A DNA stretch of 64,000 nt from the NCBI RefSeq assembly GCF_030384885.1, contig NZ_CP128613.1. The stretch is one strand, 5' to 3'. Shown piece by piece: positions 54,866 to 63,041 of the stretch. The notes below the pieces were generated by a model. It made no database searches. It was not told the DNA's origin and saw nothing but the letters and a program-made list of their open reading frames with translations. The stretch is from Escherichia coli (GTDB lineage: Bacteria > Pseudomonadota > Gammaproteobacteria > Enterobacterales > Enterobacteriaceae). The position numbers were made by a program, and so were the translations under genes. Positions within the stretch are counted from its first letter, which is position 1; each line of letters begins with the position of its first letter.

Positions 54866-54911
54866 TGGTGCCGATAATAGGAGTCGAACCTACGACCTTC
54901 GCATTACGAAT
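54866..54911 (-). other. thrW: 46-nt 3' fragment of tRNA-Thr(CGU) thrW: prophage attachment-site copy (attR of the prophage to the right)
   Basis: The reverse complement reads ATTCGTAATGCGAAGGTCGTAGGTTCGACTCCTATTATCGGCACCA. That is the anticodon loop to the CCA end of thrW as I recall it. The 5' half of the tRNA is absent. Confidence 0.8.
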
Positions 54912-55282
54912 TATAAGAATCCGTTTCTAATTCAAAGCATTACCACATCAACACTGCGCTCACACGTCCCACCACATCAAAACATGTAAAGCCTTGCAAG
55001 CCATTGTGAGGCCTTATGTGTCTCAGTTTTGTCCCACCTTGTATTACGACTTGCATAACCAATGAAGATAAACGTGACGACAAACGACGCAGCAGTCTTC
55101 TTTTCTTTCACACTTTCCCCACTCAGCATGCATACCTTCTACTATAACTGTAGTGAATGTCTGTTATGAGCGAGGAGCGGACTATCTTTCTGTGCTAAGC
55201 ACAGAAGTTTAAATTAATAAATAGAGATTAAGATGTTTATTGGTTACATTGATATTTATAATTTGATTGCCTTGAAATTCCT

Positions 55283-55322
55283 AAGCCGAATTCATGACGT
55301 CTTCATCACATGAATTCGGCTT
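55283..55322 (-). terminator. Perfect 14-bp inverted repeat 30 nt downstream of the 447-aa gene
   Basis: AAGCCGAATTCATG-N12-CATGAATTCGGCTT, seen directly. There is no clear U-tract, so terminator function is tentative. Confidence 0.45.
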
Positions 55323-55351
55323 ATGCATAATACTAAGTTGGTTTTATTAAG

Positions 55352-56695
55352 TCATTTCTTTGCCGCGCTTTTATTGCACTTCTTACAGCCTTCAATCAAT
55401 TTTTCAGTTATTATATAATAATAAGGAATGTAAATGTTTAACCCGCAAGTTTTAATCGAATCGAAAGCAAGAACTTTCACAATGGATTCTTCTCCATCTT
55501 TCTCCATTAGCAATATATCACTTAAAGGCAAATCATTAGGATTGTAAATCCTCACATCGCCAGGCTGTCTTTCATAGGCTTCGATGTCATCACCTGGTTG
55601 GCCATAGGCTAAATGAGTGGCTTTAATCCAGTTTATTGGTTCAGCATTTTGACACCAGGAGATTATTTTTTCTAATTTTTCAGGTGTGTAAGCTTTTACA
55701 TAATCTCCATGTTTTTCACATCTACCTAGTTCTGAAAAATGGCCCAGGGTGTATTCATAAGAATAATCACCAGCAGTCAATGGTAGTCTAAAGTATTGCT
55801 GAGGCAATGCCTTCTGGACTTTGGTTTTACTCAGCAAATTAAAGGTGATATCATAAAGTTGATATAGACAAACACCCTCTCGATCTGGATATCCATAAGG
55901 CTTGATGTCAGAAAGCATCTCAATATCAGAATTATAAACACTTGCATAATCATCACTTCCAAACATGAAAAAACCTTTTGATAGAATGAATATTGCATTA
56001 GGAAGAACGTTTTTTTCAAAATTCTGCGAGTGAGTTTTTATTTCTTGTACTATGTCCATCCAATCCATATCAGTATCATAGGCGAAGATAATTCCAAAAC
56101 CATTAGTCTGAATTCTCTCCTCTGAATGTATAAATATGTTCTGATTTATACCATGTTTCTTTAGTTTTTTGAATGAGCGGATATTTTCGAAAGCACTTTT
56201 CAGTTCTTTTTTTGTTAGTTTTGACTTAACCTGAATCACACCATAGCAGTACTCCACAGGTAAAACCTCAAAAATTTCCTGTCGCTGCATAAGCGAAAAT
56301 GAATTAAAAGCATCATAAAAAAGAATGTCGATTTCATTACTGAGATGTCCTGAGGTTGACGCTACACGGACACTTGATTTTGAGATGGCATAGCTTTGCG
56401 GTAAGAGTTTATTTTCATTGAAAAAGCATCTTAAGAGTTCCTCTCTGACAGTACCAACATCTCTTGGATGCTTAATATCTTTCGATATTTCAAAATCTTG
56501 AAGCATTTTCCTCTGTAAGTGAATGAACTCCCTTTCAAGACCATAAAATTCTTTATCTTTAGATCTCAGTTTGCTTGCACGAGAAACTTGATCGGATATC
56601 CATTCCTTTGTGCGAGACTCTCTCTCAGCAAAATCATCACGTTGTTTTTTTACAGCACCGGTCAAGCGTTTTCTTGTGTTTTCATTATCGGACAT
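55352..56695 (-). CDS. Orphan 447-aa protein with a restriction-endonuclease-like (PD-(D/E)xK-type) core; candidate defence gene
   Basis: A long ORF in visibly AT-rich DNA, with AAGG 8 nt before the ATG. No hydrophobic segments. Residues about 76-160 read HPRDVGTVREELLRCFF...GHLSNEIDILFYD...YGVIQVKSKL, which fits the helix-E / strand-D / (E/Q)xK layout. I recall the same layout from DUF6602-type proteins; this is unverified. Confidence 0.75.
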   Translation of the reverse strand: MSDNENTRKRLTGAVKKQRDDFAERESRTKEWISDQVSRASKLRSKDKEFYGLEREFIHLQRKMLQDFEISKDIKHPRDVGTVREELLRCFFNENKLLPQSYAISKSSVRVASTSGHLSNEIDILFYDAFNSFSLMQRQEIFEVLPVEYCYGVIQVKSKLTKKELKSAFENIRSFKKLKKHGINQNIFIHSEERIQTNGFGIIFAYDTDMDWMDIVQEIKTHSQNFEKNVLPNAIFILSKGFFMFGSDDYASVYNSDIEMLSDIKPYGYPDREGVCLYQLYDITFNLLSKTKVQKALPQQYFRLPLTAGDYSYEYTLGHFSELGRCEKHGDYVKAYTPEKLEKIISWCQNAEPINWIKATHLAYGQPGDDIEAYERQPGDVRIYNPNDLPLSDILLMEKDGEESIVKVLAFDSIKTCGLNIYIPYYYIITEKLIEGCKKCNKSAAKK

Positions 56696-57004
56696 AAATT
56701 AACCTTAAGTTGATAAGTTTTGTGGTGAATTTATAAAGCCTGAGGGATAAACATTTATAGTCTATAAGTTACTATTTATTTGAGATAGTAAGCCAATTTT
56801 ATTAGATGAAGAAACGTTCATAACCTCCTCAACTACGTTTCAATCGGCAACATCGGAGAAGTACACTTTGACAATATATAGCATATTGAAGCAGCTGTAA
56901 CTTAGAGCGCGTACACTCAAGATTTCCCGCTGCGGTGATGGCGGACGACTGCGTTTGATAACTCATTTCCCTCACCAACTATCGGACCTGTTCCTGATTG
57001 ATTA

Positions 57005-57215
57005 TCACATTATAATGTGAGCAATGTCCGCTCCTAGCACATAGCAGTTCTAGAGACAATGGCGTAAAGTCATGGAGAATCGGTGGGAGGATATTCAGTT
57101 TCATTCATGCCGAAATACGGTAAAATCTATAACAGATAGAAATCATTCAATATTCGCACTATCAGAAGCTGGCCAGCCAACCGCGCACGATTTTGCATAC
57201 GACATGCTACGGTTT
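57005..57215. repeat. Non-coding segment B, paralogous to 52845-53045
   Basis: See segment A. B begins at the palindrome TCACATTATAATGTGA (57005-57020) and ends at the stop codon of the pin remnant. Confidence 0.6.
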
Positions 57216-57556
57216 CATTTATCTCCGACCGGAAACTTCTTATACAGTGTCGATACACCAACATCATAGATGATCTCCACCTTCTGGCGAGGAACGCCTG
57301 ATGCAATTAATCGCCCGGCCTGCGCCCTTTGTTCTGGTGTAAGTTTGGGACGACGTCCACCAATTCGTCCCTGTGCGCGAGCAACTTCCAGTCCAGCTTT
57401 TGTTCGTTCAACAATCAGTTCTCGTTCCATTTCAGCCAGGGCACCCATCACATGAAAGAAAAAACGCCCCATCGGTGTGCTGGTATCAATAGCATCCGTC
57501 AGGCTGCGAAAATTAACGCCACGTTCGCGCAACTCCTCAACCAGAATGACCAGATG
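57215..57556 (-). pseudogene. pin: Pin/Gin/Hin-type serine DNA invertase, C-terminal two thirds only
   Basis: HLVILVEELRERGVNFRSLTDAIDTSTPMGRFFFHVMGALAEMERELIVERTKAGL...STLYKKFPVGDK aligns with Pin from about residue 75. The N-terminal catalytic Ser region is missing. Confidence 0.8.
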
Positions 57557-57814
57557 GACAAGCGTGCCGGGACCGGGTTTATTCAGCGCTTCAATCAGGC
57601 GATCGCGCTGGTCAAAGCAGTCATCTCCCACCACATAAGCTGTGATGGACGGGCGGAAAGTGACTTTTCCCAGATCTTCGGTATAGGGCTTGTCGCGGTT
57701 CGGGTATTCATGTGTTTCCACACGGCGACCGGTTCCCGCACTTTCTTCTTCAACCTTAAACGGCACACCTCGAAATGACGCATCCTGAAGCCTGTCTTTC
57801 CACGTCATATACAC
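57557..57814 (-). pseudogene. Mu N-like DNA circularisation (tail/baseplate) protein, N-terminal ~86 codons fused in frame to the pin remnant
   Basis: W.DRLQDASFRGVPF...HEYPNRDKPYTEDLGK...GDDCFDQRDRLIEALNKPGPGTLVH matches the DNA-circulation N-terminal domain pattern. The ORF continues directly into invertase sequence. Confidence 0.75.
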
Positions 57815-57823
57815 TCCGAAAAT

Positions 57824-57850
57824 AAAAAAGCCACCTATTAGAAGGTGGCC
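57824..57850 (-). terminator. Rho-independent terminator of the 176-aa gene
   Basis: On the minus strand: GCCACCT-TCTAAT-AGGTGGC followed by TTTTTT, starting 20 nt after the stop codon. Confidence 0.75.
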
Positions 57851-57869
57851 TTGTAATGAATTTTATTAA

Positions 57870-58400
57870 TTAGCGAGTCAGAAACAACGAATCTTTATAC
57901 TTTTGCTGTTGTTCATTTAAATACTTAGCTGTTTCATCGCTGGCAAATGGAAATATTACCGTATTTTTAGGCATGGTAATTTCTTTTTTGTCCAGCGTCA
58001 GAGTAAACATAGGAACATACTGAGCAGAGTAACGCACCGCAGAAACGAGCTCTAGTTTAGACTCTTCAATAACACTTAAATTATCCAGGCTAACTTTCTC
58101 TTCATCTTTTTTCTTTGACGCATTTAAAGTTTTTATTACTTTATTTAATTTCTCCTGAAAATCCTCCTTAAAGTTTTCAGGATTGCCGTCGACAACAAGA
58201 ATCTGTTCACCCTGATTATCTGGAAAAATAATCTTTGCACTTATCAATTTATTTTCTTTATAAACATCACCAAGTTTTATGGCTCCTCCAGATAACTGAA
58301 TAATATGTTCATCTTTAAAGGAGATGTTGCCAGAGATTATGAGAGATGAAAAAATAGCCGCTGCTCCAAGAATTACACTTGCTGTGATATAGCCTTTCAT
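57870..58400 (-). CDS. Membrane-anchored 176-aa protein of unknown function (prophage moron)
   Basis: AT-rich ORF with one N-terminal hydrophobic helix (ITASVILGAAAIFSSLIISG) and a Lys/Glu-rich soluble domain. It has its own terminator and is inserted between tail-gene remnants. Confidence 0.65.
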   Translation of the reverse strand: MKGYITASVILGAAAIFSSLIISGNISFKDEHIIQLSGGAIKLGDVYKENKLISAKIIFPDNQGEQILVVDGNPENFKEDFQEKLNKVIKTLNASKKKDEEKVSLDNLSVIEESKLELVSAVRYSAQYVPMFTLTLDKKEITMPKNTVIFPFASDETAKYLNEQQQKYKDSLFLTR

Positions 58401-58491
58401 TTTTCGCCTATTAACATTTTTCTAAATGTGCATTAATTCTATCACTCTATTTATGACTTACAACCAGCAATACATGTGAGGGGAATCCTGG

Positions 58492-58729
58492 CTACCAAAA
58501 TCGGGTATAGCCAACATCGTGATTTATATCAATGCCACTGGAGCGTGTTTCCGTAACCCGCATACCTGGTGGCATATTTATAAATGATACCTTGATCTCA
58601 CCATCAACTTTTGGCGCGGTAGCTTTATTAATCATGAAGGGATTCGGGCCTGTGGCATCGGAGGCGTTGTTTGCCTGAGCCGGATCCACCGCCGGATAAG
58701 GAGTGTATCCCCGTGCCGGTATTCCCGTC
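58492..58729 (-). pseudogene. Phage tail protein C-terminal remnant (possibly tape measure)
   Basis: The frame ...YTPYPAVDPAQANNASDATGPNPFMINKATAPKVDGEIKVSFINMPPGMRVTETRSSGIDINHDVGYTRFW* ends upstream of the Mu N-like gene, where Mu-type tails place the tape-measure 3' end. The assignment is positional only. Confidence 0.3.
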
Positions 58730-59623
58730 TTCGATATTGTTGAAGGTGGCGCGATCGGTGTTCTGCACCATGTGCAACGGCACCCGGAACAGACGACAGA
58801 TTTCTTCAAGCTGAAACTTGCGGGTTTCCAGGAACTGGCTGTCCTCGGCGTTCAGCGCCATCGACTTCCAGTCCAGCCCCATCTCAAGGATCATCGGGCG
58901 GTGAGCATTACCAAGCCCGGTGTGACGCTCCTCAAAATCTTTCTTCAGGCGCTCATAAGCCTGATCCGACAGCGTCTGTTCTGTACGCAACACACCCGAC
59001 GTCACCGCGCCATTGCTGAACAGTCTGGCCCCGTGCTCTTCGGTCGCAGCTGCCAGCGATATTGCCTCACGGGCATAGGCGATGGGATTCAGTCCCACCA
59101 GACCGTCCAGCGTCAGCGTGCGCACATGCCAGATATCCTCCTGGCTCAGTACATCCGTGGAGCCATCCGGGAATGTGACCTGATAGACCGGCTCCCAGCT
59201 ACTGTTAAGCTTCGGTACCACACAGCCGGGATCGACGGGCAGCAGTTCAGCCACTTCGCCAAATGCTTTCACTTTGTAGGCGTAAAAGTTTCCCCGCAGG
59301 CACAGACAGGTGACCACCAGCTCCCAGAACTCCTGCGGCGTCATATAGCCATTGGGATGCGTGGAGATCAGCTTATGCAGACGTTCGCCAGTGGCTCTCT
59401 GCTTCAGGCTGCCGTTCAGGTGATACAGGTTGCAGGGCAACATCCCGACCGACTCCGCCAGCACCCTGACACAGGAAAAAACCGCCGTCAGTCGCATGGC
59501 CCGCTGGCTGCTGATCTGCTTTCCGGTATAGGTGTCGTAGGACAACCCGATGGCATCCGCCAGCTCTGCTGGCGTGGTCACCGGTGCGTCACTTTTTCGT
59601 TGAAATAATCCCGAAAAGAACAC
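58730..59623 (-). pseudogene. HK97-family portal protein, truncated after about 298 codons
   Basis: Portal-like sequence runs up to ...RVPLHMVQNTDRATFNNIE. The frame then runs into unrelated sequence from another gene in a different frame. Confidence 0.75.
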
Positions 59624-59805
59624 TATTTACCTCCGCCGACAGACAGCTGTGTACGATCGAGATATCGCGCCACCAGCCACGACCAGAACAGGCACAGCGC
59701 CCCGGCAACAACAAAACCCGCCGGGGGATAAATCAGCCAGGCACCATATGCCAGCAAAAGCGCACCCAGCACGCCCACCAGAGGCGCGAGAATCAGCATG
59801 ATCAT
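59623..59805 (-). CDS. Small hydrophobic phage protein between terminase and portal
   Basis: 60-codon ORF with two predicted TM helices, tightly packed between terL and the portal gene. Confidence 0.5.
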   Translation of the reverse strand: MIMLILAPLVGVLGALLLAYGAWLIYPPAGFVVAGALCLFWSWLVARYLDRTQLSVGGGK

Positions 59806-59816
59806 AATTACCTCAG

Positions 59817-61550
59817 TTAAAGCGAGCGGATCCCGTAGGACTCAATGTGGTCAGACAGCGTGTCTTCTTTCTCGTACAGCATGGCTCTGCCAACCGCCAT
59901 AATCAGCGCAACTGCACCATCGATTTTGTTTTCCGCCTGCTCTTTGACGGGTTTCACCACATCATCGTTACCCGGAATGGTTTTGCCGACCACGTTGCCG
60001 ATACACCAGGTCATGATGGGATTGCCGTCATGATGAAAGCGCCCCGATTCAATTGCCGCTTCCAGCTCTTTCATCGGGTCGGACATGTTGGTGTAGTTCT
60101 GAATGATAGTGATGGGGTTCAGGTCTTCATCAGCAAGGTCATGTGACAACCCGGTCGCCCCGAAGGGGTCGATGGGTGACTCACTGACCGGGCTGATTTT
60201 GTTCGCCGCTTTGGCCTCCTCGAGGATGTAGCGATAATCCACCTCCGCACCATCGGTAACGGTCAGAACGCCCATTTCCACCCATTTCTGAAAGCGTTCG
60301 GCTGTCCGTCGATCTTCATTTTTCTCGACGCTGTACACCGTGTCATACGGTACCCAGAAACGCGGGGCCACACTGTAGTAATGCGTTTTACCGTCAATCT
60401 CGCGGGTATAAAGTCGCGCCATGCTGTTCATATCCAGCTTACGCGCCAGGTCAAAGGCCAGAATGCACGGCTGCCCCTCGAACTGCTCAAGAGTCAGTGA
60501 TTTATCCTCGCATCTCTGCCAGCTCACCAGGTTGAAATACGCCGAACGCGCCGACACCCAGATATTGAGGTGTTTTGTTTTAAAGACGTTTGCCAGACGG
60601 GCGTTATTTTTCGCACGTTGCTGCTGGCTTAACAAAAACTCGCGATAAACCGACACACCGATATTCGGGTTAGCTTTTTCAAGTACCTGCGGGTCGGTCC
60701 AGTCGTCGCCTTCGTCAACGGTATAGATGATCCCGAACAGTTCATCGTTGGGCACCGAGCCGTTGAGCATCTCGATGACTTCCCGCCGTTTGTCGTAGCA
60801 CGGCCCCTCAATGTTGTACCCGGCGGTGGTAATGGCCCACATCAGTGGCTGGCGTCGCGCCCCCATCCCGGTAAGCATCGTGGTGTAAAGCGCATCTGTG
60901 GCGTGCTCGTGATATTCATCCACCACCGCACAGTGGGGTGATGAACCATCACCGGGGTTACCGATCAGCGGTTCAAACCGCGCACCATCCTCCGGACGGT
61001 TCATGTTTGAGGCGTTAACCTCAATCCCGAACGCTTCCGTCAGCATGGGTGTGCGTTTACACATCAGTCGTGCCGGACGAAAGACTTCCCATGCCTGTTT
61101 CTCCGTCGTGGCACCGGAATACACTTCCGCGCCGAACTCGTTATCACAGGCAAAACAATACAGGGCGACACCGGCAGAGATTGCCGATTTGCCGTTCTTA
61201 CGGGGGATTTCGGTATACACCTCACGGAAGCGGCGCAGCCGGGAGCCTTTATTGACCCAGCCAAACGCGCAGCAGATCACAAAGAGCTGCCACGGCTCCA
61301 GCGTGATGGGCATCCTCTTAAATGCCCACTCACCCTTGGTGTGCGGCAACAGCTGAATAAATTTCGCGGCCCGTTCAGCCAGGTCCTTGTCGAAGCGGTA
61401 ACGAAACGACTTACTTTTTTCCTCCATCAGGTCATCAAGATGGCGCTGGCAGGCCTGAATCACAAACTGGCAGGCCACAATCTTTCCGTGCACGACATCA
61501 CGGGCATACTGATTGGCAGCATTTACGTTGGGGTAAGATTTCCGGCTCAT
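59817..61550 (-). CDS. Terminase large subunit
   Basis: 577-aa ORF with an ATPase Walker A-like motif (PRKNGKS) and a nuclease C-terminal domain. Located between terS and the portal gene. Confidence 0.88.
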   Translation of the reverse strand: MSRKSYPNVNAANQYARDVVHGKIVACQFVIQACQRHLDDLMEEKSKSFRYRFDKDLAERAAKFIQLLPHTKGEWAFKRMPITLEPWQLFVICCAFGWVNKGSRLRRFREVYTEIPRKNGKSAISAGVALYCFACDNEFGAEVYSGATTEKQAWEVFRPARLMCKRTPMLTEAFGIEVNASNMNRPEDGARFEPLIGNPGDGSSPHCAVVDEYHEHATDALYTTMLTGMGARRQPLMWAITTAGYNIEGPCYDKRREVIEMLNGSVPNDELFGIIYTVDEGDDWTDPQVLEKANPNIGVSVYREFLLSQQQRAKNNARLANVFKTKHLNIWVSARSAYFNLVSWQRCEDKSLTLEQFEGQPCILAFDLARKLDMNSMARLYTREIDGKTHYYSVAPRFWVPYDTVYSVEKNEDRRTAERFQKWVEMGVLTVTDGAEVDYRYILEEAKAANKISPVSESPIDPFGATGLSHDLADEDLNPITIIQNYTNMSDPMKELEAAIESGRFHHDGNPIMTWCIGNVVGKTIPGNDDVVKPVKEQAENKIDGAVALIMAVGRAMLYEKEDTLSDHIESYGIRSL

Positions 61551-62050
61551 GATTCGATGATTTTCAGAAACGGGTTAGTGGCTTTCTTCTGCCCCGCCAG
61601 GCCAATCAGACGCTGGCGGCTGCTGGGGTCGAGTCCGAGCATTGCCCCCGTACTGCTCATCTCGGACTCCTGTTCTTTTTTGGCGGTCAGCTCCGGATTT
61701 TTGACCATACCGCCCATTGCACCGGTGATGGTGTTGCCCTGTCTGGCAATATTTTTCACGGCACGTCGCCAGAACTCGTAGGCCACGCACCACCGCTCAA
61801 GCACCGCGAGGTCAGTCACGCACAGCAGGCCCTGACCGCAGAGTTCTTTAGTTGTCAGTTGCCACATGATCGTGGCGAGAGGGAGATCTTCTTCAGCGAA
61901 CCACTCCGGTGGCTCAACACCTTTGATGGGCGTAAAAACAGGTTCATCTTTATTCAGGGCTCGCTTGCCGGGGTTTCCGGCCAGCGCCTTGCGCGCCGTT
62001 GGCTTGGGGCGACGCCCGGAACGCCCCGCCGTTCCAGCCATATGCGGCAC
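61547..62050 (-). CDS. Terminase small subunit (P27 family)
   Basis: 167-aa ORF whose N-terminus [29 protein letters not shown] is typical of the P27-family small terminase. It overlaps terL by 4 nt. Confidence 0.8.
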   Translation of the reverse strand: MPHMAGTAGRSGRRPKPTARKALAGNPGKRALNKDEPVFTPIKGVEPPEWFAEEDLPLATIMWQLTTKELCGQGLLCVTDLAVLERWCVAYEFWRRAVKNIARQGNTITGAMGGMVKNPELTAKKEQESEMSSTGAMLGLDPSSRQRLIGLAGQKKATNPFLKIIES

Positions 62051-62091
62051 TCCTGGTTAAATTTCATTTTTCGCGGGTATAAAAAAACGAT

Positions 62092-62140
62092 GGGGCGGGC
62101 AGTCCGGAAGACGTCAGGTCACAGGGATTTGACCCGCCCC
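62092..62140. other. GC-rich inverted repeat (GGGGCGGG-N33-CCCGCCCC) between HNH and terS: candidate cos region
   Basis: The repeat is seen directly. In HK97-like phages cos lies between the HNH gene and terS. No known cos sequence was recognised. Confidence 0.3.
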
Positions 62141-62166
62141 TCCCCTCTGGCAGTGGGAACTGGTTC

Positions 62167-62517
62167 TTACTTCAGCCGTTCACGGGCCGTCTTCGCCTTA
62201 TGACACGGCCAGCACAAACTCTGCAGATTACTGTCGACATCAGTGCCGCCATGCGATTTAGGGATGATGTGGTCAACGGTCTTCGCCTCACGCACCACAC
62301 CAGCACGCAGACATAACTGACACAGGCCTTTGTCACGCTTCAGGACACGCGCGCGGATACTGTCCCACTTCGAACCGTAGCCGCGCTGATGACGGGATTG
62401 TCCAGGTTTGTATTGCTTCCAGCCTTCGCTTTTGTGGCTTTCGCAGTAGCCTGAAGGGTCCGTGGTTGTAAAGCGGCAGCCGCGAACACGGCAGGCTTTT
62501 GGGGTTCGTGGGGGCAT
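62167..62517 (-). CDS. HNH endonuclease (terminase-associated)
   Basis: 116-aa ORF with the HNH motif (DHIIPKSHGGTDVDSNLQSLCWPCH) and Cys pairs, immediately upstream of terS. Confidence 0.88.
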   Translation of the reverse strand: MPPRTPKACRVRGCRFTTTDPSGYCESHKSEGWKQYKPGQSRHQRGYGSKWDSIRARVLKRDKGLCQLCLRAGVVREAKTVDHIIPKSHGGTDVDSNLQSLCWPCHKAKTARERLK

Positions 62518-63041
62518 ATGTACTCCAATGAAGAAACCAGCGAAATAGCTGCCTTCATTCGTAGTAAACCTTTTTCATCAACGCAGTAATGGATTCTTTG
62601 AAGAGTCGCGATCAATACAACTCACTAATGGAGAGACTTGTCTCACGCATGAGACAAATTTCCCGTTTGATTTAATGGACACTATAGAGGGACAGAATGC
62701 CTTCCTCACTCGAATCACATCAATTAAGGAGGTTCAACATGTTTCATTCCACAAGTCATCAGGCTGTAATTATGGCAGCATCAGTTTGTGCCAAAGACCT
62801 TTTCCGCTTCACTTTGAGCCTGATTCATTTCTACCTGACCGGCTCGCCTCTATCTTTTTAATCCCCGCTTTATCCAAATTGCATTGCCATAATGCCGACA
62901 ACACACTGACATTCAAATCCAGACTACCTCCAATAGTCTGACCGTACACCTATATAGTTTTAATTTTCATCAATCCATTTAACTATCGTTTAATTGTTGT
63001 CACATAGGATTCTGCCGTTTTTAACAATGCAGGATAATAAG

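Noticed and set aside
54866-54911. Possible functional tRNA-Thr gene.
   Set aside because: Only the 3' 46 nt (anticodon loop to CCA) are present. Sequence 5' of the anticodon stem diverges completely, so it cannot fold into a cloverleaf. It is interpreted as an att-site duplicate.
57072-57269. 65-aa plus-strand ORF overlapping repeat copy B and the pin 3' end.
   Set aside because: It runs antisense into the pin remnant, has no SD, and the equivalent frame is not open in copy A. The conservation between copies is therefore at the nucleotide level, not the protein level.
57215-57814. 199-aa ORF as an active DNA invertase, with an invertible tail-fibre switch nearby.
   Set aside because: The N-terminal ~75 residues of the serine recombinase, including the catalytic Ser, are replaced by unrelated Mu N-like sequence. 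No hix/gix-like paired crossover sites or tail-fibre genes remain.
62675-62941. 88-aa ORF between the HNH gene and bor; also scanned this spacer for lambda cosN (GGGCGGCGACCT).
   Set aside because: The ORF has no SD or homology and lies in AT-rich spacer DNA. The lambda cos sequence is not present. The more plausible cos position for this packaging type is the HNH-terS spacer.
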